Assembly: GCA_001443025.1 (NCBI GenBank)
Contig: LEKP01000001.1
Span: 56 to 64,055 of the forward strand
Direction: 5' to 3'
From: Parcubacteria bacterium GBS-2
Lineage (GTDB): Bacteria; Patescibacteriota; Minisyncoccia; Minisyncoccales; GBS-2
DNA: 64,000 bases
Shown: piece after piece, positions 1-6,164 of the stretch
How the letters are laid out: each line of letters begins with the position of its first letter
Numbering within the stretch: position 1 is the stretch's first letter
Notes under the pieces: generated by a model
Seen by the model: the letters and a program-made list of their open reading frames with translations, nothing else
Told to the model about the DNA's origin: nothing
Databases searched by the model: none
Position numbers and translations under genes: made by a program

Positions 1-20
1 AAATATTAAAACTCCCCTAA

Positions 21-188
21 ATGTTTGAAATTTATTTTAGACCAAGGGCGCTTAAGGCGTTAAAGAAAATTGAAAGGCGTGAACAGTTAAAAATTAACTC
101 TGCTTTAGATAATCTGAAATTAGGGAATTTTAGTTTACTTGATTTAGACAAAATCGAAGGAACACAACACGGATCAGAGCGATGTTAA
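21..188 (+). pseudogene. Truncated RelE/ParE-family toxin fragment (55 codons)
   Basis: ATG 21, TAA 186-188 (below ORF-track cutoff). MFEIYFRPRALKALKKIERREQLKINSAL parallels the N-terminus of the intact RelE/ParE-like ORF 1954..2226 (MEIFFKPSFIKDFKKLPKEIKSEIKKIC) but lacks the C-terminal YRI..GDYRI core. Confidence 0.35.
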
Positions 189-209
189 AAGGCTGAGTAA
201 TAAAAGAAT

Positions 210-239
210 TTGACAACATAGAATAAGGTTTATTAAAAT
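210..239 (+). promoter_or_regulatory. Sigma70-like promoter of the vapB-like/vapC cassette
   Basis: TTGACA (210-215), 18-bp spacer, TAAAAT (234-239), 8 nt to ATG 248. No Shine-Dalgarno. Confidence 0.45.
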
Positions 240-247
240 TAAATTGT

Positions 248-433
248 ATGAATAATTTAACTTTAGCCAAATTAGAAAAACTTGAAAAAGAAATTCTTAA
301 GCTAAAAAAAGGAGGCACTTTTTTGGGGCCAAAGAAAATAATTTCTTTAAAAGGAATTTTAAAAGGAGTTAAAATTAGCGAAAAAGAAATTGAAAAAGCA
401 AAAAAATCTTTATTTAAAAAAATTAAGATTTAA
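248..433 (+). CDS. Putative antitoxin partner of the PIN toxin (VapB-like position)
   Basis: 61-aa ORF directly upstream of the PIN gene. Its stop overlaps the toxin start (TAATG at 431-435). No family motif recognised. Confidence 0.5.
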   Translation: MNNLTLAKLEKLEKEILKLKKGGTFLGPKKIISLKGILKGVKISEKEIEKAKKSLFKKIKI

Positions 434-819
434 TGTATTACGTTGCTGATACTCATTCATTTTTATGGTATCTCACTGATAGCCCCAAACTTTCATCAAA
501 AGCGCGGGCTATTTTTGATAGGTGCGAGCGAGGCGAAGTAATCATTATTATCCCGGCTATTGTGTTATTGGAGTGTATTGATATTTTGGAGAAAAAAGAA
601 ATAAATTTAAAATTTGAAACTATTATTTCAAAAATTTTTGAAGCTGATAATTTTATTTTTTCTGAAATAAATTGGAGCATAATTTTACAAGTAACTAAAG
701 TTAAAGCACTAAAGGATTTACACGATAGAATAATTGTGGCTACCGCACAAATTTTTGGAGCTTTTTTAATCTCAAAAGACAAAAATATAAGAGAGGTTTA
801 TAAAAAAACTATTTGGTGA
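433..819 (+). CDS. vapC: PIN-domain ribonuclease toxin (VapC family)
   Basis: 128 aa with PIN acidic residues in typical context: YYVADTH (D6), LLECIDIL, LHDRIIVATA, ISKDKN. Translationally coupled to the upstream small ORF. Confidence 0.8.
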   Translation: MYYVADTHSFLWYLTDSPKLSSKARAIFDRCERGEVIIIIPAIVLLECIDILEKKEINLKFETIISKIFEADNFIFSEINWSIILQVTKVKALKDLHDRIIVATAQIFGAFLISKDKNIREVYKKTIW

Positions 820-1012
820 ATAATTGCTTGGTGTTTCCGAGTCCTCTCGCTCACAAATAAAATAATAGCGCTCAGTCGGTGTCAAAAAATATTAGGCCCA
901 TCTCCAAGTAGTTAAAGCAAGCACACGGGTCAGACCGGTGTCAAAATTTTATTTACTCGTTATTTCTCGATCGCGAAATAACGCGCAACTTGTGACTCTA
1001 AATAAATTTTTA

Positions 1013-1056
1013 ATGTTGACGTCAGACATCAACATAAGGTACATCAACATAAGGTA
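1013..1056. repeat. REP-like palindrome ATGTTGACGTCAGACATCAACAT plus duplicated right-arm half-site
   Basis: 23-bp palindrome at 1013-1035, same family as those flanking the RAYT gene at 3000-3909. CATCAACATAAGGTA occurs twice in tandem (1027-1041, 1042-1056). Confidence 0.7.
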
Positions 1057-1114
1057 GCTTTAAAGAAAGCAAACTTAAAAACTCTTAGACCTGACTTAGA
1101 GATCGTTTGCAGAT

Positions 1115-1142
1115 TTGACCTTTAATTTTAAATTTGTATAAT
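1115..1142 (+). promoter_or_regulatory. Sigma70-like promoter of hicB/hicA cassette 1 (leaderless spacing)
   Basis: TTGACC (1115-1120), 16 bp, TATAAT (1137-1142), 7 nt to ATG 1150. Confidence 0.5.
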
Positions 1143-1149
1143 GGAAAGT

Positions 1150-1398
1150 ATGGCCAAGAAGTTTTTCCGTTCAAAAGAATATTCTTATACTGTAATTTAT
1201 GAACCAGTAAAAGAAGGGGGCTACAAAGTTATTGTGCCTCTTTTACCTGGACTGATTACTTATGGGAGAACGCTAGAGGAAGCTCGAGAAATGGCTCGGG
1301 ATGCCATTCGTTGTTATATTGAGGGGCTTTTGAAAGAAAAAGAAGAAGTACCTCAAGAGAAAAGTGTCTTGCAAGAAAAAGTGAGTATTTCTCTTTAA
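1150..1398 (+). CDS. hicB: HicB-family antitoxin
   Basis: YSYTVIYEPVKEGGYKVIVPLLPGLITYGRTLEEAREMARDAI matches the HicB/UPF0150 N-terminal fold motif. The ORF-track start 1141 overlaps the -10 box, so ATG 1150 is preferred (MAKK..., parallel to MAKV... of the second HicB). Confidence 0.85.
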   Translation: MAKKFFRSKEYSYTVIYEPVKEGGYKVIVPLLPGLITYGRTLEEAREMARDAIRCYIEGLLKEKEEVPQEKSVLQEKVSISL

Positions 1399-1404
1399 CT
1401 TTTA

Positions 1405-1644
1405 ATGTCCAAATTGCCAGCTCTTAAACCAAAACAAGTTTTAAAAGTTTTATTGAGAGCTGGCTTTTATATTCATCACCAAAGAGGAAGTCATGTTCAA
1501 CTTCGCCATCCTTTGAAAACACATCTGAGAGTTACTATTCCCTATCACACTAAATTTGATTTACCACCCTCTGTAATCCATAGCATTCTAAAGCAAGCTG
1601 AAATTTCGAGAGAAGAATTTTTAAAACTTTTAAAAAAGTTGTAG
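1405..1644 (+). CDS. hicA: HicA-family mRNA interferase toxin
   Basis: 79 aa. LPALKPKQVLKVLLRAGFYIHHQRGSHVQLRH is a typical HicA/YcfA motif (GSH). Lies immediately downstream of hicB. Confidence 0.85.
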   Translation: MSKLPALKPKQVLKVLLRAGFYIHHQRGSHVQLRHPLKTHLRVTIPYHTKFDLPPSVIHSILKQAEISREEFLKLLKKL

Positions 1645-1647
1645 CTA

Positions 1648-1687
1648 TCTCTTACAAATTTTTGCCATGGCAAAATTATGTAAGAGA
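1648..1687. repeat. 40-bp palindromic element P1 (TCTCTTACA..TTTTGCCATGGCAAAAT..TGTAAGAGA), likely cassette terminator
   Basis: Near-perfect inverted repeat centred on GCCATGGC, starting 4 nt after the hicA stop. Near-identical copies at 2252, 2936 and 58494. Confidence 0.7.
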
Positions 1688-1709
1688 ATTTGGTGTGGCT
1701 TTTCAAGAT

Positions 1710-1738
1710 TTGATTTTTAATTCCAAAGAGAGTAAGAT
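1710..1738 (+). promoter_or_regulatory. Sigma70-like promoter of the antitoxin/RelE-ParE cassette
   Basis: TTGATT (1710-1715), 17 bp, TAAGAT (1733-1738), 9 nt to ATG 1748. Confidence 0.4.
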
Positions 1739-1747
1739 AAAAATTGT

Positions 1748-1939
1748 ATGGCCAATAAAACTACTTCTACTTCTAAAAAAGAGGCTATTAAAAAGGGGCT
1801 CGAAGAATTAAAAATTAAGGCTTCTATTTTAGATGAATTGGTAGAGTTGATTGAAGATCGCTATCTTGGTTATTTGATGAAGTTAGTCGAAAAGGAAAAA
1901 AACATTCCTTTAAAGAAAGCAAGGAAGTTACTTCGTTAG
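1748..1939 (+). CDS. Putative antitoxin of the RelE/ParE-like toxin
   Basis: 63-aa ORF directly upstream of the RelE/ParE-like gene. Family not recognised. Its stop region carries a 15-bp tandem duplication. Confidence 0.45.
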   Translation: MANKTTSTSKKEAIKKGLEELKIKASILDELVELIEDRYLGYLMKLVEKEKNIPLKKARKLLR

Positions 1940-1953
1940 AAGTTACTTCGTTA

Positions 1954-2226
1954 ATGGAAATTTTCTTTAAACCAAGTTTTATTAAAGATTTTAAGAAGCT
2001 CCCTAAAGAAATTAAGTCCGAAATTAAAAAGATTTGTTTTGAGGTTTTCCCTTTAGCCAAAAGTCTAAGAGAAATTAAAGAATTTGATATAAAGCCGATT
2101 AAGGGTTTTAAAAATTTTTACAGAATAAAATTGGGAGATTACCGTATTGGCTTTAAAAAGGAAGATGGAATGATTATTTTTATGAGAGTTAAACATCGCA
2201 AAGATATTTATAAATATTTCCCTTAA
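1954..2226 (+). CDS. RelE/ParE-family toxin
   Basis: 90 aa. KGFKNFYRIKLGDYRIGFKKEDGMIIFMRVKHRKDIYK is the typical RelE/ParE core (YRxRxGDYRi ... HRkdiY). Confidence 0.75.
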   Translation: MEIFFKPSFIKDFKKLPKEIKSEIKKICFEVFPLAKSLREIKEFDIKPIKGFKNFYRIKLGDYRIGFKKEDGMIIFMRVKHRKDIYKYFP

Positions 2227-2251
2227 GTGAAAAAACCCCTTGGTAAAATTA

Positions 2252-2291
2252 TCTCTTACAGATTTTTGCCATGGCAAAATTATGTAAGAGA
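2252..2291. repeat. 40-bp palindromic element P2
   Basis: TCTCTTACAGATTTTTGCCATGGCAAAATTATGTAAGAGA, 26 nt after the toxin stop. Confidence 0.7.
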
Positions 2292-2354
2292 ATTTTAAAA
2301 AATGTTTACTGCACAATTAAGCTGCCAAAAATGTATTCATCTTGTACTTAAAAT

Positions 2355-2382
2355 TTGACATTTATTTTTTAAAGTATAAAAT
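2355..2382 (+). promoter_or_regulatory. Sigma70-like promoter of hicB/hicA cassette 2 (leaderless spacing)
   Basis: TTGACA (2355-2360), 16 bp, TAAAAT (2377-2382), 7 nt to ATG 2390. Confidence 0.5.
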
Positions 2383-2389
2383 AAAATAT

Positions 2390-2635
2390 ATGGCGAAAGT
2401 TAAAAAGAAAATTTTAAATTACACTGTTATTTTTGAACCGGCAAAAGAAGGAGGATTCATTGTTCATGTTCCTGCTTTGCCTGGTTGTCATACTCAAGGC
2501 GAAACTTTAGATGAGGCCTATAAAATGGCTCAAGATGCTATTTTAGGTTGCATAAAAACCCTTCGAGATTTGAAAGAAGAAATTCCAGAAGAAATCGAAG
2601 GTTCAATAATAGCCAAAATTCCAGTGAAGGTCTAA
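2390..2635 (+). CDS. hicB: HicB-family antitoxin (second copy)
   Basis: MAKVKKKILNYTVIFEPAKEGGFIVHVPALPGCHTQGETLDEAYKMAQDAI. The ORF-track start 2342 (TTG) lies upstream of the promoter, so ATG 2390 is preferred. Confidence 0.85.
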   Translation: MAKVKKKILNYTVIFEPAKEGGFIVHVPALPGCHTQGETLDEAYKMAQDAILGCIKTLRDLKEEIPEEIEGSIIAKIPVKV

Positions 2636-2866
2636 ATGAAATTGCCGGCGATTAAATCGCGAGACTTAATCAAGATTCTCAAGAAATTAAATTGTGTTGA
2701 AAAAAGACAAACAGGTAGCCACCTGATTTTTTATTGTCCAAATCAAAAGAAGATCATTCCAGTACCAATTCATTCTAAAGATCTCAAAAAAGGATTAGTT
2801 CACTCCATTCGTAAAGAATTAAATTTATCAATCAAAGAATTTATAAGGCTTTTAAGAGATTGTTAA
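2636..2866 (+). CDS. hicA: HicA-family toxin (second copy)
   Basis: 76 aa. MKLPAIKSRDLIKILKKLNCVEKRQTGSHLIF. The ATG follows the hicB stop directly. Confidence 0.85.
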   Translation: MKLPAIKSRDLIKILKKLNCVEKRQTGSHLIFYCPNQKKIIPVPIHSKDLKKGLVHSIRKELNLSIKEFIRLLRDC

Positions 2867-2935
2867 TAATCAAACAACCGCTACTATCGACGTTAAACTT
2901 ACCAAACTTAATTTGCTTTCAAAATTTAATTGTTA

Positions 2936-2975
2936 TCTCTTACAGATTTTTGCCATGGCAAAATTATGTAAGAGA
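2936..2975. repeat. 40-bp palindromic element P3
   Basis: Identical core to P2. The flank GAGAATTTGGT is shared with P1. Confidence 0.7.
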
Positions 2976-3065
2976 ATTTGGTTTCAACAAAATGTAACAA
3001 TGTTGACGTCTGACATCAACATTCCCTCTTTATTATGTTGATGTCTGACATAAACATAAACAATG

Positions 3066-3095
3066 TTGACGTCTGACGTCAACATAAGGTAAAAT
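3066..3095 (+). promoter_or_regulatory. Promoter of the RAYT gene; -35 box supplied by the REP palindrome arm
   Basis: TTGACG (3066-3071, inside palindrome 3063-3085), 18 bp, TAAAAT (3090-3095), 6 nt to ATG 3102. Confidence 0.45.
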
Positions 3096-3101
3096 GGGGG
3101 T

Positions 3102-3824
3102 ATGAGGGTGGAACCATATACGGTGGGGGATTTTGTTCATGTATTTAATCGGGCAAATCGAGGAATGGTACTTTTTCCAGATGTCAGCGATAAATGGCAT
3201 TTTTTAAAAATTCTCCGCTTTTTTAACGATCAATACATTCCTCAAAACCCCTCTCGCCAACTCGAGTATTTATTAAAATCAGGAAGGATGTCTCGCCATT
3301 TTGAATGGCCAAAAGACTGGCCACCCCATCGTCCATTAGTCAAAATTTTGTCGTATCGATTAAGGGATACTCACTTTCATTTACTTTTAAAAGAAATTAT
3401 TAAAGGCGGAATTAGTAAATTTATGCAAAGATTGGGAGACGCGATTACAAAATACATCAACAAAAAGTACAATCAAAGAGGAAGGATTTTCCAAAGCGCC
3501 TATCGAGGGAAAACAGTGGGGAAAGATGTGAGAATTCTTCAATATCTCGATGCCTATATTCAGGTTTTTAATGCATTTGAGGATTATCCGGGCGGGATTG
3601 AAAGGGCTTTAAAAGAATTTGACAAGGCTTTTAAGTTTGCCCTTCGAGATCCTTTTTCTAGTTTGGGCGAAAGTTTTGGCAAAAGGAATTTGGGGATTAT
3701 CGACAGGGATGTTTTGAGAGAAATATTTCCAAGTTTAAAAATATACAAGGAATTTGCTTACGATGCCCTTTTAGTAAGAAACATCCGAGAAATTTTAGGC
3801 AAATTAACCATCGAAGAACATTGA
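3102..3824 (+). CDS. REP-associated tyrosine transposase-like protein (IS200/IS605 TnpA-type HUH Y1 family)
   Basis: 240 aa. N-terminal VHVFNRANRGMVLF (YHV.NRG..r..iF pattern), HUH motif THFHLLL, ISKFMQRLGDAITKYINKKYNQRGRIFQSAYRGKTV with a candidate catalytic Tyr, then YLDAYIQ. Confidence 0.65.
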   Translation: MRVEPYTVGDFVHVFNRANRGMVLFPDVSDKWHFLKILRFFNDQYIPQNPSRQLEYLLKSGRMSRHFEWPKDWPPHRPLVKILSYRLRDTHFHLLLKEIIKGGISKFMQRLGDAITKYINKKYNQRGRIFQSAYRGKTVGKDVRILQYLDAYIQVFNAFEDYPGGIERALKEFDKAFKFALRDPFSSLGESFGKRNLGIIDRDVLREIFPSLKIYKEFAYDALLVRNIREILGKLTIEEH

Positions 3825-3915
3825 TAATGTTGATGTCAGACATCAACATAATTAATGTTGACGTCAGACGTCAACATAGTGAGTCAACATAGTGATCAGA
3901 CGTCAACATAATGAT

Positions 3916-3986
3916 GGGCCTGTAGTTTAATGGGAGAATGCCACATTCGCATTGTGGAGGTGTGGGTTCGATTCCCACCGGGTCCA
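3916..3986 (+). tRNA. tRNA-Ala (anticodon CGC)
   Basis: Acceptor GGGCCTG/CGGGTCC with the G3:U70 Ala identity pair. Anticodon stem CCACA/TGTGG, loop TTCGCAT. T-arm GTGGG-TTCGATT-CCCAC. No encoded CCA. Confidence 0.9.
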
Positions 3987-4205
3987 CTCCTTCGCTAAAG
4001 CTTCGGAGTGTGAACACTCTACGCTAAAGCTTCGGAGTGTGAACACTCTACGCTAAAGCTTCGGAGTGTGAACACTCTACGCTAAAGCTTCGGAGTGTCT
4101 GCACTCCGTAGCCTTGGCGAAGGAGTGTAGCCTTGGCGAAGGAGTGTAGCCTTGGCGAAGGAGTGTAGCCTTGGCGAAGGAGCGAACACCCTTCGCTAAA
4201 GCTTT
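3987..4205. repeat. Compound minisatellite: 4 x 29-bp unit followed by 4 x 19-bp unit
   Basis: CGCTAAAGCTTCGGAGTGTGAACACTCTA starts at 3993, 4022, 4051, 4080. GCCTTGGCGAAGGAGTGTA starts at 4111, 4130, 4149, 4168. The block is bracketed by CCTTCGCTAAAGCTT at both ends. Confidence 0.9.
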
Positions 4206-4445
4206 ATGTACTACGTATACATTATTAAAAGTGAGAAAGATGGGAGCTATTATACTGGAGTGACGAGAAATTTAAGAAAAAGGTTAAGGGAACACAATGA
4301 AGGAAAAGTAAAATCCACTTCTTTTAAAAATCCTTATATTCTTGTTTGGTATTGCGCTTTTCGTTCGAAAGAGAAAGCCATTGAATTTGAAAAATATCTT
4401 AAAACAGGATCTGGCATCGCTTTTAGAAATAAGCGATTATTATGA
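4206..4445 (+). CDS. GIY-YIG domain nuclease (small stand-alone type)
   Basis: 79 aa. YYVYIIKSEKDGSYYTGVTRNLRKRLREHN is the GIY-YIG motif. Confidence 0.85.
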   Translation: MYYVYIIKSEKDGSYYTGVTRNLRKRLREHNEGKVKSTSFKNPYILVWYCAFRSKEKAIEFEKYLKTGSGIAFRNKRLL

Positions 4446-4819
4446 GAGAAAAAGTGGGGAAAATTGGGGAGGAAATTGCGGTTGATTTTTTGAAGAAAAA
4501 GGGATATCAAATTTTAGACAGAAATTATAAATTCAAAATTCCTGGAGATTTACAAAAGGGAGAGATTGACATTGTTGCGAAAAAGAAAGATACAATTTGC
4601 TTTGTTGAAGTTAAAACTTTAAAAAATCCTAAAATTGAAATTTTTCCAGAAGAGAAAATCAATCTTTCAAAAAAGAAAAAATTGATCGCAACTGCAGAAA
4701 GTTGGTTAATCAAAAACAAAATCCCCTTAGATTCAAAATGGCAAATCGATGTGATTTCAATCGTGATTAAAGAAGGGAAAACAAAAATTTCTCATTTTGA
4801 GAATGCAATCTCAGCTTGA
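4442..4819 (+). CDS. yraN: YraN-family (UPF0102) endonuclease-like protein
   Basis: GEEIAVDFLKKKGYQILDRNYK...GEIDIVAKKKDTICFVEVKT is the typical YraN pattern. ATGA overlap with the upstream gene. Confidence 0.8.
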   Translation: MREKVGKIGEEIAVDFLKKKGYQILDRNYKFKIPGDLQKGEIDIVAKKKDTICFVEVKTLKNPKIEIFPEEKINLSKKKKLIATAESWLIKNKIPLDSKWQIDVISIVIKEGKTKISHFENAISA

Positions 4820-4886
4820 CATTAAATTCTAAAGAGATAAAATAAGAATTAGCTGAGGGAATTTTTTGGGAGTTTTCCCTCCCGAT

Positions 4887-4911
4887 GAAGCTCTTTGTAG
4901 CTTCTTTTTTT
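4887..4911 (+). terminator. Rho-independent terminator after yraN
   Basis: GAAGCT-CTTTGT-AGCTTC stem-loop followed by T7. A second hairpin GAGGGAA..TTCCCTC lies just upstream. Confidence 0.6.
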
Positions 4912-5497
4912 ATTTTAGAGTCAAAAATATTCTTTGAATTGCAGTTAAATTTGAAAAAATTGCCAAAAGAGAAATTGGGTAAATTATTAAATTTTGATTA
5001 AAAATTCCAACAAAGAGGGTTATCGAAAGCAAAATCATTCTTTCTCCTCTTCCAAAGAATCCTTTTTTTAATTCTTGAGAAACTAACTCCTTTTCTTTTG
5101 CTGCTGCCTTTGCATAAGTTGTCATTAAAGAACCAAAAAAAGCCAAAAATATCCAATATTTCGCTTCGATAATGAATTTTGGCAAAGGCAAAGATAAAAC
5201 TCCCAAAAAAATCAATCCTTCGACGAATCTATCTGAAATCGTGTCCAAATAAGCGCCAACTTTTGTTACTTTTCCAGAATACCTCGCAACTACCCCATCG
5301 ATAAAGTCTAAAAATGCTGAAATCAAAAAGAAAATCAAAGCTAAAATAAAATTTCTATAGACCAAAGAGACAAAACAAAAAATTCCAAAAACTATTGAAT
5401 TTAGAGTGTACTGATTTGGGCTAGCTCCTAGTTTTGAGAAAATTCTCCCAATTTTTTCTTCAATTTTTTTAAATTTTTCTCTTTTTTCTTCCAACAT
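4910..5497 (-). CDS. CDP-alcohol phosphatidyltransferase family protein
   Basis: 195 aa, multi-TM. DFIDGVVARYSGKVTKVGAYLDTISDRFVE matches the DG..AR..8..G...D...D signature. Confidence 0.8.
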   Translation of the reverse strand: MLEEKREKFKKIEEKIGRIFSKLGASPNQYTLNSIVFGIFCFVSLVYRNFILALIFFLISAFLDFIDGVVARYSGKVTKVGAYLDTISDRFVEGLIFLGVLSLPLPKFIIEAKYWIFLAFFGSLMTTYAKAAAKEKELVSQELKKGFFGRGERMILLSITLFVGIFNQNLIIYPISLLAIFSNLTAIQRIFLTLK

Positions 5498-6149
5498 ACT
5501 TTTGAATTTTTACAAGATTTCTTTTTAAATGATCGATCAATTTTTCAAAAAAATTTGCCCCTTCCCCAACAACTCTTCCTTCTCCTTTCTTTATTTTTTT
5601 AAAAATCTCTTCAACTGACAAATTTTCTCCTGGAATTTCCAAATAACACTTTCCAATGAAATTTAGAGAATGGGAATCTGAACCAACGGTAAAAGGGATA
5701 TTATTTTCTTTTGCAAATTTTTTTGCAATCTCATTTCCATTGCCAAAAATTGATCCATTCAATATCTCGATCGCATCTATTTCTTTTATTAATTCTTCTA
5801 AATTTCCTTTGAATTTGCAAAAAAGTCCAAAAGGATGGGGAATGACCACAAAGCCACCTTGCTCTTTTATTTTTTTTATCGTTTCTTTTGCTGAAAGTCC
5901 ATCTGGAATTTTTTCTTTTACATTCAATCCCAGAATATCTCCTTCTTTGCTTTTTATTTCAATCCCTGGGATAATTAAAATAGGCTTTCCTTTTGAATAT
6001 TCAATCGCTTCGAAAGCCCCTTCAATTTCCCCGTGGTCAGTGATTGCGATACAATTAACTCCTTCTTTTATTGCTTTATCTACAATTTCTTTTGGCGAAG
6101 CATTGCTATCGAATGAATAGCAAGAGTGAGTGTGAAAGTCGCATTTCAT
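5469..6149 (-). CDS. PHP-domain metal-dependent phosphoesterase
   Basis: MKCDFHTHSCYSFDS...AITDHGEIEG...GSDSHS are PHP histidine/aspartate motifs. 29-nt overlap with the downstream transferase gene. Confidence 0.75.
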   Translation of the reverse strand: MKCDFHTHSCYSFDSNASPKEIVDKAIKEGVNCIAITDHGEIEGAFEAIEYSKGKPILIIPGIEIKSKEGDILGLNVKEKIPDGLSAKETIKKIKEQGGFVVIPHPFGLFCKFKGNLEELIKEIDAIEILNGSIFGNGNEIAKKFAKENNIPFTVGSDSHSLNFIGKCYLEIPGENLSVEEIFKKIKKGEGRVVGEGANFFEKLIDHLKRNLVKIQKYVGRKKRKI

Positions 6150-6164
6150 CTTTTATTTTAATTC

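Larger units (their letters stand above)
3000..3909 (+). mobile_element. RAYT/IS200-like unit: HUH Y1 transposase gene bracketed by REP-like hairpins
   Basis: Three palindromes upstream (3000-3022, 3035-3057 degenerate, 3063-3085 perfect). Two downstream (3827-3849, 3855-3877 perfect), plus right-arm half-sites at 3883-3890 and 3896-3909. Confidence 0.6.

Noticed and set aside
453-782. Long antisense ORFs inside confident genes (e.g. 453..782, 5656..6120, 9454..9813, 9489..9785, 11152..11490, 23556..23873, 32422..32775, 35232..35543, 36675..37049, 40352..40729, 42109..42504, 60076..60456)
   Set aside because: These are shadow frames opposite strongly supported genes, with low-complexity translations (S/F/K/L-rich). 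This is typical of lysine/glutamate-rich AT-biased coding regions.
832-950. tRNA-like fragments after vapC: GGTGTTTCCGAGTCCTCTCGCTCAC resembles a T-arm plus acceptor 3' half; GCGCTCAGTCGGT resembles a D-arm; two copies of TCAGNC(C)GGTGTCAAAA at 875-896 and 927-949
   Set aside because: No complete cloverleaf can be folded, and the fragment matches none of the 15 tRNAs in the window. It could be an old att-site remnant, but the evidence is too thin to call.
1648-2975. Integron gene-cassette array with the palindromes as attC sites
   Set aside because: The cassette-like modularity is suggestive. However, no integron integrase or attI is in the window, and the palindromes lack recognisable R'' (RYYYAAC) and R' (GTTRRRY) core sites at their ends. 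Each cassette also has its own promoter, unlike typical promoterless integron cassettes.
3987-4205. CRISPR array
   Set aside because: The repeats are directly abutting, with no unique spacers. There are two different unit lengths (29 and 19 bp) and no cas genes nearby. It is a minisatellite, not a CRISPR.
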